A DNA stretch of 64,000 bases from Candidatus Micrarchaeota archaeon (GTDB taxonomy: Archaea > Micrarchaeota > Micrarchaeia > Micrarchaeales > CABMGC01), in NCBI GenBank assembly GCA_046536795.1, contig JAWDMB010000001.1, positions 186,900 through 250,899 of the forward strand, read 5' to 3'. The position numbers and the translations under genes were made by a program. Positions 37,445 through 45,920 of the stretch are shown in pieces (within the stretch, counting starts at the first letter, position 1; every line of letters begins with the position of its first letter). Below the pieces are notes generated by a model, which saw nothing but the letters and a program-made list of their open reading frames with translations, searched no databases and was not told where the DNA came from.

Positions 37445-38775
37445 ATAAACCAGTCTATTTCGCTTCTCTTTGTGATCTCGCCCGCAATATTTACATTTAG
37501 CAATTTCTCCGCTTCTTCTTTCTTGTAGTTTCCAAGTAGAAAGCCTAACTTGACATAAGCCACCTCTGGAAGCATATCTTCACAGTATATAGCGCCAGCA
37601 TTGCTTAAGAGCCTTAGATTCCTATATACATTTGGATTAACCCTGCCGTAAAGGCATTGCGAGGTAATACCTATTATCATTCCAGAATCAATAGCATTTT
37701 TAATATGCTCTAGCCAAGAGTACTCTTTGTGAAGCGTAGAGACAGGTGTATGCCCAAGGCCTGTGCCTTCTATTATAATGCCTTTAAAGCCTTTTGATAG
37801 ATAATAATCAATTATCTCTGGCTGGGAATTAGGATAAGCTTTTACAAGTGCAACCTTTGGCTCGTAGCCTGTAAGCAGCCTTAGCTTATTATTGCTATCC
37901 TCTTTAATCTTATTGTATTCGCTAATATACGCAATCTCTCCTGTTCTGGAGATCCTTGCAATTGGCTTGTTGTTTATAGGTTTAAAAGCATCTCTTCTTG
38001 ATGTATGCATCTTTCTCGCCTTTGTGCCTCTGATAATGCTACAGTATGTATCTGATGAGCTTTCATGCATACAGATCGTCACCTCTGCAATGTCGCTTTT
38101 TGCTGCAGCGTGCATAGAACAAATAAGGTTCATAAATGCGTCGCTCGACCCCCTATCGCTGCTCCTTTGCGATCCTGTGAGAATAACGGGTGCATTAAGT
38201 CCATTAAGCATAAAGCTTAAAGCAGCAGAGGTGTAATGCATTGTATCGGTCCCGTGTGTTATAACTACACCCCTATCTTTCTTCAATGCATCCGCAACCG
38301 CCTTTGCTATTTTCTGCCATTCCATGTATGTCATGTCTTCGCTCGCTATGCTCATCAATGGATTTACTTCTATATTTGCAATATTTTCTAATTCTGGTAC
38401 ATCAGCAAGGAGCTCTTCCGGCTTTGTTAGCATATATACGCCTCCACTTCTATAGTCTATCTTGCTTCCAATCGTGCCGCCAGTATATATCAGGCTAATC
38501 TCTGGCAAGCCACTTTTTATCTTGGTATTAAACTTTACCTCTTCCTTCTTTTTAACCTCCTTGCTTTCAATCTTTTCAATCCTTGAGCCTTTCTCAAACC
38601 TTATACCAACATTATATCCGTTATCAAGTTTTATCACTAGTATATTGTTGTCACCAAGCTCTGGTCGTTCCATTAGTATGCCCTTAAACTCACCTTTTGG
38701 AGAAATAAGCTTAATCTTATCTCCTACCTCTATCTTCTCTTTTTTAAGCACTTTCTCTATTTCCTCAGAGTACAT
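37441..38775 (-). CDS. gatD: Glu-tRNA(Gln) amidotransferase subunit D
   Basis: KLDNGYNVG, TGGTI, HGTDTMHYT, GSQRSSDR, KMHTSRRDAF. Confidence 0.96.
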   Translation of the reverse strand: MYSEEIEKVLKKEKIEVGDKIKLISPKGEFKGILMERPELGDNNILVIKLDNGYNVGIRFEKGSRIEKIESKEVKKKEEVKFNTKIKSGLPEISLIYTGGTIGSKIDYRSGGVYMLTKPEELLADVPELENIANIEVNPLMSIASEDMTYMEWQKIAKAVADALKKDRGVVITHGTDTMHYTSAALSFMLNGLNAPVILTGSQRSSDRGSSDAFMNLICSMHAAAKSDIAEVTICMHESSSDTYCSIIRGTKARKMHTSRRDAFKPINNKPIARISRTGEIAYISEYNKIKEDSNNKLRLLTGYEPKVALVKAYPNSQPEIIDYYLSKGFKGIIIEGTGLGHTPVSTLHKEYSWLEHIKNAIDSGMIIGITSQCLYGRVNPNVYRNLRLLSNAGAIYCEDMLPEVAYVKLGFLLGNYKKEEAEKLLNVNIAGEITKRSEIDWFI

Positions 38776-38837
38776 AAATAAAAATAGAGTAATGAGATTT
38801 AAATTACTTATCTAAAAATAACTTAATAAATTATGAC

Positions 38838-38889
38838 TTACAGAATGCATAGCAGAAAGCCCACGCATTCATTCATGGGAAGATTTCAG
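38838..38889 (+). repeat. Miniature IS200/IS605-like hairpin element, copy 2
   Basis: TTAC-AGAATGCATAGCAG-AAAG-CCCACGCATTCATTCATGGG-AAGATT-TCAG; overlaps the 3' end of the methylthiotransferase gene. Confidence 0.75.
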
Positions 38890-40155
38890 TGGTATACCAA
38901 CAAAACACGCTGGGGAGTTTCCAGTTATCTCAACTTCAACACTCTCACCAAGGTTAACTTGGCCGAGTACTGCGATCTCATTATATGCATCATCTCTTCC
39001 TGTATAAGATTTTCTGTTTTTCTCCGTTATTAATACTTTTCTTCTTTCCCCAATATGCTTATTTCTTTCATTGAATTCAATCTCTCTTACAATTCTTGAA
39101 AGAATTATGCTCCTATCTTTAATGGTCTTGTCGCTAAGTTGCTTAAGCCTGCTTGCAGGTGCATGCGGTCTAGCACCAAACTTAGATATATTTACCACCT
39201 CTGGTTTTATCTCTTTTATAAGTTCTATACTCTTTTCGAAGTCCTCTTCGCTTTCTGTTGGGTAGCCGACAATAATGTCTGTTGCAATTGAAGCATTGAG
39301 TTTCTTCCTTATCTCGCCAACATAATTTATGAAATCTTCTACTGTATACCTTCTGTTCATATCTCTTAGCACCTTGTTGCTTCCAGATTGTACAGGCAGA
39401 TGGAAGAACTTGTAAACTTTGTCGCTTCTATATGCTTCTAAAAGTTCATCAAAATATTTGTGCAAGTGCTCTGGGTTGAGCATGCCAACTCTTACCTTAA
39501 ATGATCCCTCTATTTCAACAACCTTTTTGAGAAGCTCTGCTATGTTTGTTTTTCTATCAGCACCATATGCTCCTACGTCCTGCGCAGTAAGCTCTATTTC
39601 CTTAGAACCTTGCTCTACAGCATTCTTTACAGCTCTTAATATAAGCTCTTCTGAGAAGCTGTTTAAAGGGCCTCTAGCAAATTTGGTCTCGCAGAACGAA
39701 CAATTGCTTAAGCAACCTTCGCTTATTGGTATTCTTGCAATTATAGAACTATTTTCTAAGCCATATTGTAGCTTGTCTATCCTATTGTATGAATCGATTA
39801 TAACATTTTTGCCTAATTCTATAAACTTCAATACATCTGCGATCTTGTTTACATTGCTTGTTGTTATTATACTTGCATCCGGAACAACATTTATAACTTT
39901 TTGAGTATCAGCACTAGCTAAGCAGCCCGCAACTATAAGCTTTTTTCCAAGTCCTTTAAGCTGGCGTAGCCTGTAGATTATCTTATTTTCTGTTGGGCTC
40001 TTAACAGTGCATGTGTTTACAATTAAATAATCCGCATTTCCTTCATATCTACCATACTCTACCTCATATCCATTCTCCTTCAATATATAGCCCATGATTC
40101 TACTATCTGCCTGGTTTAATGTACAGCCATAGGTTTCGATGACTACCTTTGCCAT
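38869..40155 (-). CDS. tRNA methylthiotransferase (MiaB/MtaB-like radical SAM)
   Basis: ETYGC.LN, NTCTVK, CLSNCSFC, HLPVQSGS, TDIIVGYP.E, C-terminal TRAM domain. Confidence 0.93.
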   Translation of the reverse strand: MAKVVIETYGCTLNQADSRIMGYILKENGYEVEYGRYEGNADYLIVNTCTVKSPTENKIIYRLRQLKGLGKKLIVAGCLASADTQKVINVVPDASIITTSNVNKIADVLKFIELGKNVIIDSYNRIDKLQYGLENSSIIARIPISEGCLSNCSFCETKFARGPLNSFSEELILRAVKNAVEQGSKEIELTAQDVGAYGADRKTNIAELLKKVVEIEGSFKVRVGMLNPEHLHKYFDELLEAYRSDKVYKFFHLPVQSGSNKVLRDMNRRYTVEDFINYVGEIRKKLNASIATDIIVGYPTESEEDFEKSIELIKEIKPEVVNISKFGARPHAPASRLKQLSDKTIKDRSIILSRIVREIEFNERNKHIGERRKVLITEKNRKSYTGRDDAYNEIAVLGQVNLGESVEVEITGNSPACFVGIPLKSSHE

Positions 40156-40213
40156 AGTATCAACTTTTTATATCTTGCTTTTTATAAATAAATATCTATT
40201 ACTTAGTGATTTC

Positions 40214-40408
40214 ATGATATGTGAGAGATGCGGAGCAGAAATATACAAATACAGCACATGCAGGTATTGCCATAGGAAGATATGCAACGACTGCGTAAAA
40301 AGTTCAAAGAAGGTAAGTAAGACCGTGAGAATAGTAATATGCAAGGATTGCTGGACAAATATTAATTATAGAAAGGCATTCAAGAGCGCAAATGCAGACA
40401 ACTATTAA
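40214..40408 (+). CDS. Small Cys-rich zinc-finger protein (64 aa)
   Basis: Four CxxC pairs (CERC, CRYC, CNDC, CKDC); GTGA ribosome-binding site and TATA box upstream. Confidence 0.75.
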   Translation: MICERCGAEIYKYSTCRYCHRKICNDCVKSSKKVSKTVRIVICKDCWTNINYRKAFKSANADNY

Positions 40409-43400
40409 CCGGTTTTCTTGATCTCTATTTCTATCTCCTGGTCTACAATCTCAAACTTTTTGCCAGCCAATTCATTCTTCTCTTCAATTTTTGCTGCATT
40501 TACCTCCTTCATGAGGTCCTTTTTCTTATCATTTATAATCTTTTCCATTTCTCCTGAGGTTCTGTAATAAACTTCTATCTTATCTTTTTTCTTAAGGCCC
40601 AACTCTTTCCTCATTAACTGTATGCGTCTTGCAAGTTCCCTATAGAGTGCTTCGTTCATAAGCTCGCTGCTGAGTGTTGGGTCTACATACGCTATACCAT
40701 ATTCAAACTTTGCAGCATCACTCTCCACATTGCGCTCTATAATAGTAAAGTGTTCGGCCCTTATATTAAATGCACCTCTTTCAGTATGGAGCTGATAGTA
40801 GCCTTTTTCGCTTATTTCTCTTTCAACTTCATCTGGATTTGCGTTTTGCAATGCATAAGCTATCGCTGTCGAATCGTTCTTGAATTCAGGCCCGATCTTC
40901 TGGAAAAGTGGCTTTATAACTTTCTCTACGCCACTTATTCTCTTGAGCTCAAGCTTCTTTACATTTGTATAATCTTCAATTAGGTCTGAGAGTTTTTCAA
41001 GAGCTTCAAGCGCTTTATCATCCTTTACTTCGAGAACCGCTTTGCTGAGAGGCCACCTTAACTTGACCTTTGCTTTTTCTCTGCTGTTCAGTATTGCTGT
41101 TATTGCATCGAGCGCTATATTAAACGATTCCTCTAATTCTTTGTTGACAAGCCTCTTCTTGTATTTTGGCCAGTCATCGAGGAATATACTCTCTTTGCGC
41201 GCAAAATTATCTAAATATAGCTTCTCCGCAGTGAATGGTGCAAAAGGTGAAACCAAAACAAGAACATTATAAAATACAAATCTCATAGTATCTATTGTGT
41301 TGTGTGCAATTCTTGCATTTCCATATATCACCTTCTTTTTAGCCATTTTTAGATAAAACCTACTAAAGTCATCTAGAATAAACTCTCTTAGCGCTCTGTT
41401 TGCTCTTTCAACATCATAATCATCAAGTGCATCATTCTCTTCTTTAATCAATGTATTGAGCCTTGAGATTATCCAAGCGTTTATCTTATCTTTTGTATCT
41501 GCTCTTATCTTATCACTTTTGTAGCCTATTGCATCAGAATAGTCATTGATGAGCTTTGCTATGTTTTGTAATACAATTATTATTTTCTCTGCCTCCTTTA
41601 GCTCTGATCTATTGAATGGAATGTCAAGCCATTGGGTGTGGCTAGACACCCAAAGTCTATAACCATCAGCACTTGTCATCTTTAGCAGCTCTCCAAGAGA
41701 AATATAATTGCCGAGGTGTTTGTGCATCTCTCTTCCATCTTCTGCAAGGAGCATTCCGTCAACTACAACCTCCTTATATGGTGCCTTGCCATAAAGCATA
41801 ACGCTGCTCTTAAGCAAGCTTGAGAACCAGCCCCTTAGTTGATCTATACCTTCCAATATTAAGTCGGCAGGGAAGAGTCTTTTAAATTCTTCATCGCTAA
41901 GGCTTGCCTCGAACGCTATGCTTGAGTCAAACCATACATCAAAAACATCGCTTATCCTATGCATCTCTCCGCCGCATTTGCTGCATTTCAATACAACATT
42001 GTCTATATAAGGCCTATGTAAATCATCAAGCTTTTCTACATACTCTTTGTTAATTGCTTTTTCTTTAAGTTCCTTTAACGAACCTATCACTTCAAAGTTG
42101 CCACATTTATCGCATTTCCAGATTGGTATAGGTATGCCCCAGAATCTCTGTCTTGATATACACCAATCGGGCGAGTTGCTAAGCACATTTGCATGCCACT
42201 CTTTAGCCTCTTTCGGGTGCCATACTATCTTTTTATTTGCAGCTAGCAGCTTCTTTTTCACTTTTCCTATATTAAAGAACCATTGGTCTGTCGACTTATA
42301 TATTAGCTTGCTTCCGCATCTCCAGCAATGAGGATAACTATGCACCACAACCCCTTTGTCTAACAATACCCCTAGCTTATCTAAGTCATCGAGCACTGCC
42401 TTGTTTGCTTCATCTGGAATAAGTAAGCCTTTATATATACCTGCTTCTTCTGTGTATCGCGCATGTTCATCTATAGGAGAAAAGATTGGTATCTTATTGC
42501 GCTTTCCAAGTTTATAATCGTCAGGTCCATGTCCTGGTGCTATGTGCACAATTCCAGAACCTTCATCCATGCTTACCATAGTATCTGATAAGAGGACCTT
42601 GTGGTATTTCCTGAACTTTTTCTGTATCGGCACTTTTTCTTCAAGAGGGTTAATATAATATATGCCTTCAAGCTCGCTACCATAAAATTCTGCTTCAACA
42701 ACAGCATTTGCGTTCAAGCTTGAGACAACAGCATCAAGCCTCTTCTTTCCAAGAATAAGTTTCTTGCCATTTATATTAGCCTTTACATATAGCTCCTTTG
42801 GATTTACTGCAACTGACATATTTGCCGGCAAGGTCCATGGTGTTGTTGTCCATATGAGCAGATAAGTATCTTCATCAATTTCTATTTTTGGTTTTGATCT
42901 TTGTGTATCTACTTTAAATATAACGAAAATTGAAGGGTCTTTTTCATCGCTGTACTCAACTTCCAAGGTGCCTTGTGCAAGAACAGTCTCACAGCTTGGG
43001 CAGTAAGTAAGTGGTTTGCCTTCTTTATAAAGTAAACCTTTTTCGCTGAGCCTTTTTATTATATCCCAAGCCTTTTCTATGTATTGGCTCTTGTAAGGTA
43101 CATAAGCATTTTCAAAATCTAGCGAAGCGCCGAACCTAATAAAATCTCTATTCATTTTCGGAATAAGTGAATCAGCATATTCTCTGCAAGCTTTTGTAAA
43201 CTTATCTACGCTTATCTTTGATTCAAGCTCAAGCTTTGATTTTATGCCCATAGATTTTTCAACTGCATGCTCTACAGGCAAGCCGTGAACATCGTAGCCA
43301 GCCCTATCATGAACGTCATAGCCACGCATGCGCTTGTATCTTAAGAGAATATCTTTTACATCCTTTACCCATATCTGACCTGGATGCAGCTCACCACTAA

Positions 43401-43521
43401 CATAAGGTGGGCCATCTAGGAAGTAAAAAGGTTTATTGCCTTTATTCTTCGCGCGCCACTTTTCTAATATTTTATGCTCTTGCCAATACTTTAGAATTTC
43501 TTCTTCATAATTTGCTTCCAT
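40405..43521 (-). CDS. ileS: Isoleucyl-tRNA synthetase
   Basis: FLDGPPY, D.HGLPVE, WTTTPWTLP.N, DWCISRQR.WG.P.P, DQLRGWF. Confidence 0.95.
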   Translation of the reverse strand: MEANYEEEILKYWQEHKILEKWRAKNKGNKPFYFLDGPPYVSGELHPGQIWVKDVKDILLRYKRMRGYDVHDRAGYDVHGLPVEHAVEKSMGIKSKLELESKISVDKFTKACREYADSLIPKMNRDFIRFGASLDFENAYVPYKSQYIEKAWDIIKRLSEKGLLYKEGKPLTYCPSCETVLAQGTLEVEYSDEKDPSIFVIFKVDTQRSKPKIEIDEDTYLLIWTTTPWTLPANMSVAVNPKELYVKANINGKKLILGKKRLDAVVSSLNANAVVEAEFYGSELEGIYYINPLEEKVPIQKKFRKYHKVLLSDTMVSMDEGSGIVHIAPGHGPDDYKLGKRNKIPIFSPIDEHARYTEEAGIYKGLLIPDEANKAVLDDLDKLGVLLDKGVVVHSYPHCWRCGSKLIYKSTDQWFFNIGKVKKKLLAANKKIVWHPKEAKEWHANVLSNSPDWCISRQRFWGIPIPIWKCDKCGNFEVIGSLKELKEKAINKEYVEKLDDLHRPYIDNVVLKCSKCGGEMHRISDVFDVWFDSSIAFEASLSDEEFKRLFPADLILEGIDQLRGWFSSLLKSSVMLYGKAPYKEVVVDGMLLAEDGREMHKHLGNYISLGELLKMTSADGYRLWVSSHTQWLDIPFNRSELKEAEKIIIVLQNIAKLINDYSDAIGYKSDKIRADTKDKINAWIISRLNTLIKEENDALDDYDVERANRALREFILDDFSRFYLKMAKKKVIYGNARIAHNTIDTMRFVFYNVLVLVSPFAPFTAEKLYLDNFARKESIFLDDWPKYKKRLVNKELEESFNIALDAITAILNSREKAKVKLRWPLSKAVLEVKDDKALEALEKLSDLIEDYTNVKKLELKRISGVEKVIKPLFQKIGPEFKNDSTAIAYALQNANPDEVEREISEKGYYQLHTERGAFNIRAEHFTIIERNVESDAAKFEYGIAYVDPTLSSELMNEALYRELARRIQLMRKELGLKKKDKIEVYYRTSGEMEKIINDKKKDLMKEVNAAKIEEKNELAGKKFEIVDQEIEIEIKKTG

Positions 43522-43601
43522 AAAATCAAGGCTAAAAGATTATATAGATAGATTTAGTAATCAAATATTAAATCTTTCTGTTTAAATTTATTTGTGGTTG
43601 A

Positions 43602-44237
43602 ATGCGAAGTGCAGACGCAGCTACGCTCATAAGAACCTTCATGGTTTTTTTAGTAGTCTATATGCTTTTTCTGAAGATTAACCCATGGATTACAATCTTT
43701 GTTATACTTATAATGTATCTACTTGATGGGTTTGATGGCTATCTAGCAATAAGAAGTGCAAGCAGAGGTGCAATAAGCTTTTCTTCTTACTTAAAGGCCG
43801 CTCTTTCAAAAGACGAAAAAGAAAAGGAGAAAATGGCGCATTTCAAGCATATAGCAAAAAGAGAAGCAAAGTTCGGACCAAGAATAGATATAGCGGGAGA
43901 CAGGGTAATTGAATACACATTTTGGATAGTCTTTACCTACTTAAGGCTTATTCCTCTTTTTGTTGTATTTATAATAATTTTTAGACACGCGTTTGTTGAT
44001 GCTCTTATGGCTTCAAGAGGAACATCATCAAAGCCAAGAACCAGGTTTGCAAAGATCATATACTCTTCGAATATTGGAAGAGGGGGCATTAATGTTGTTA
44101 AATTCTTCGCATTCGCATACTTAGTACTGGTTTATGTGTCAAATTATCCTCTTTGGATAGGGCTTGTGCTTGTAGCAATACTTGTAATTTATATAGTTCT
44201 AAGAGGAATAGCAGAGGCATATGATGTGCTTGCTTAG
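43602..44237 (+). CDS. CDP-alcohol phosphatidyltransferase family protein
   Basis: DGFDGYLA ... FG.RID..GDR motif; TM helices. Confidence 0.8.
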   Translation: MRSADAATLIRTFMVFLVVYMLFLKINPWITIFVILIMYLLDGFDGYLAIRSASRGAISFSSYLKAALSKDEKEKEKMAHFKHIAKREAKFGPRIDIAGDRVIEYTFWIVFTYLRLIPLFVVFIIIFRHAFVDALMASRGTSSKPRTRFAKIIYSSNIGRGGINVVKFFAFAYLVLVYVSNYPLWIGLVLVAILVIYIVLRGIAEAYDVLA

Positions 44238-44273
44238 ATATTTATATTTTGTAAGGTAATAATATCTGATTAA

Positions 44274-45236
44274 ATGGAGGTTCTTGATTTATCTTGGACA
44301 GAAAAATACAGGCCTTCAAAGTTAAGCGAGATTATAGGCCAAACAGCAATAGTGGAAAGGCTAAAGGCGTTTGTAAAGACAAGAAACTTTCCAAATATGA
44401 TTTTTGCTGGACCTGCGGGCGTAGGAAAAACAACAAGTGCTATTGCTATGGCTAAGGAACTCTATGGTGATAAGATAAATGAAGCATTTTTAGAGCTAAA
44501 TGCAAGCGATACAAGAGGGATAGATGTAATAAGAGGTAAGGTGAAGGAGTTTGCAAAAACATTACCTTTGGAAGAAGGGCTTGTAAAGATAATATTTCTT
44601 GATGAAGCAGATGCACTTACACCAGAGGCACAGCATGCGCTTAGGAGGACAATGGAAAAGTATGCTTCTACAACAAGGTTTATACTTAGTGCAAATTATG
44701 CTAGCAAGATAATAGAACCCATACAGAGTAGGTGTGTTGTTCTTAGGTTCAAGCCCCTTAGTGTAGATGATATGAAGAAATTTATAGAAAGGATAGCGAA
44801 GGGCGAGTCATTAGAGATAGACGAAAAGGCTATAGAAGCGTTAATATACGTTAGTGAAGGTGATTTAAGAAAATTAACAAATATACTACAAAGTGCAGCC
44901 ATATTAGATAAGCGAATAACAGAAAAGAGCATATATGATATAGCAGCGAGGGCAAGGCCAAAGGAAATAGTTTCTATGCTTAAATATGCTTTGAGCGGTG
45001 ATTTTCTCAAAGCAAGAGAGGAGCTTAACACACTTATTTTTGTATATGGCATGAGTGGCGAGGATATACTAATGCAGTGCTATAGGGAAGTACCGAACAT
45101 GCAAATAGACGATAAAGCAAAGCTTGAGATAATGGATAAGATCGGTGAATGCAATTTTAGAATAGTTGAGGGGGCAAATGAAAGAATACAGTTAGAGGCT
45201 ATGCTTGCAAATATTGCATTGGCGTCAAAGAAATGA
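44274..45236 (+). CDS. rfcS: Replication factor C small subunit
   Basis: WTEKYRP, GPAGVGKTT, ELNASD.RG, LDEAD, IQSRC. Confidence 0.97.
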   Translation: MEVLDLSWTEKYRPSKLSEIIGQTAIVERLKAFVKTRNFPNMIFAGPAGVGKTTSAIAMAKELYGDKINEAFLELNASDTRGIDVIRGKVKEFAKTLPLEEGLVKIIFLDEADALTPEAQHALRRTMEKYASTTRFILSANYASKIIEPIQSRCVVLRFKPLSVDDMKKFIERIAKGESLEIDEKAIEALIYVSEGDLRKLTNILQSAAILDKRITEKSIYDIAARARPKEIVSMLKYALSGDFLKAREELNTLIFVYGMSGEDILMQCYREVPNMQIDDKAKLEIMDKIGECNFRIVEGANERIQLEAMLANIALASKK

Positions 45237-45277
45237 ATTCCCTACGAATAAATTTGTGGGCTTTCTCCTATCTGTAA
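45234..45277 (-). repeat. Miniature IS200/IS605-like hairpin element, copy 3 (degenerate)
   Basis: Reverse complement reads TTAC-AGATAGGAG-AAAG-CCCACAAATTTATTCGTAGGG-AAT-TCA. Confidence 0.65.
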
Positions 45278-45339
45278 AAAATTGTTAGAAATTCTTTTTG
45301 CAAAGCAATTAAAATAATGGCCTGTCTAAGCTAATCAAG

Positions 45340-45912
45340 CTAAGCATATGGCTTTCTTGCAAATGTTAAATATCCAGTGTGCCATATGCCTTTGTTTGTT
45401 GGTCTCATTCCCTCTTCTCTAACAAGATAATCCCTTACAATCACCTCTACAACATGTATATCGCTGAACTTTAACGCGTTTAGCTTTTTCACGTATTTGC
45501 TTACTTGCTCTGTATGTGGCAAAAAGCTTACCACATAGCCGCCTGGCTTCAAAGCTTTTTTAACATTTCTTAGCGCTTTTTCAGGATTGGGCATATCTAA
45601 CGTTATTATATCAACATCTTTTTCGTATATCTTCTTTGTTATATCAGCATTTCTAAATGTTATATTGTTTAAGCCAAGCAACTCAGCATTCTTTTCTCCT
45701 ATCTTGATAAAATCCTCTCTAATGTCATATGAATACACGTGCTTTGCTATTCGAGCAAGAGCTATAGTAAGCCATCCGCTTCCGGTGCCAGCATCGATGC
45801 ATATACTTTCTTTGTCTATGCATGTGTATGCAAGCAGAATGCCTATATCCTTTGGGAGCATAACCTGTGGCCCCCTTTTAAGCTTCCTATAGATGTGCGG
45901 ATATATGAACAT
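45340..45912 (-). CDS. trmI: tRNA m1A57/58 methyltransferase (TrmI/Gcd14-like), short form
   Basis: RGPQV..PKD, DAGTGSG, YDIRED, LDMP.P, HTGYLTFARK. Confidence 0.88.
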   Translation of the reverse strand: MFIYPHIYRKLKRGPQVMLPKDIGILLAYTCIDKESICIDAGTGSGWLTIALARIAKHVYSYDIREDFIKIGEKNAELLGLNNITFRNADITKKIYEKDVDIITLDMPNPEKALRNVKKALKPGGYVVSFLPHTEQVSKYVKKLNALKFSDIHVVEVIVRDYLVREEGMRPTNKGIWHTGYLTFARKPYA

Positions 45913-45920
45913 TTTATCAC

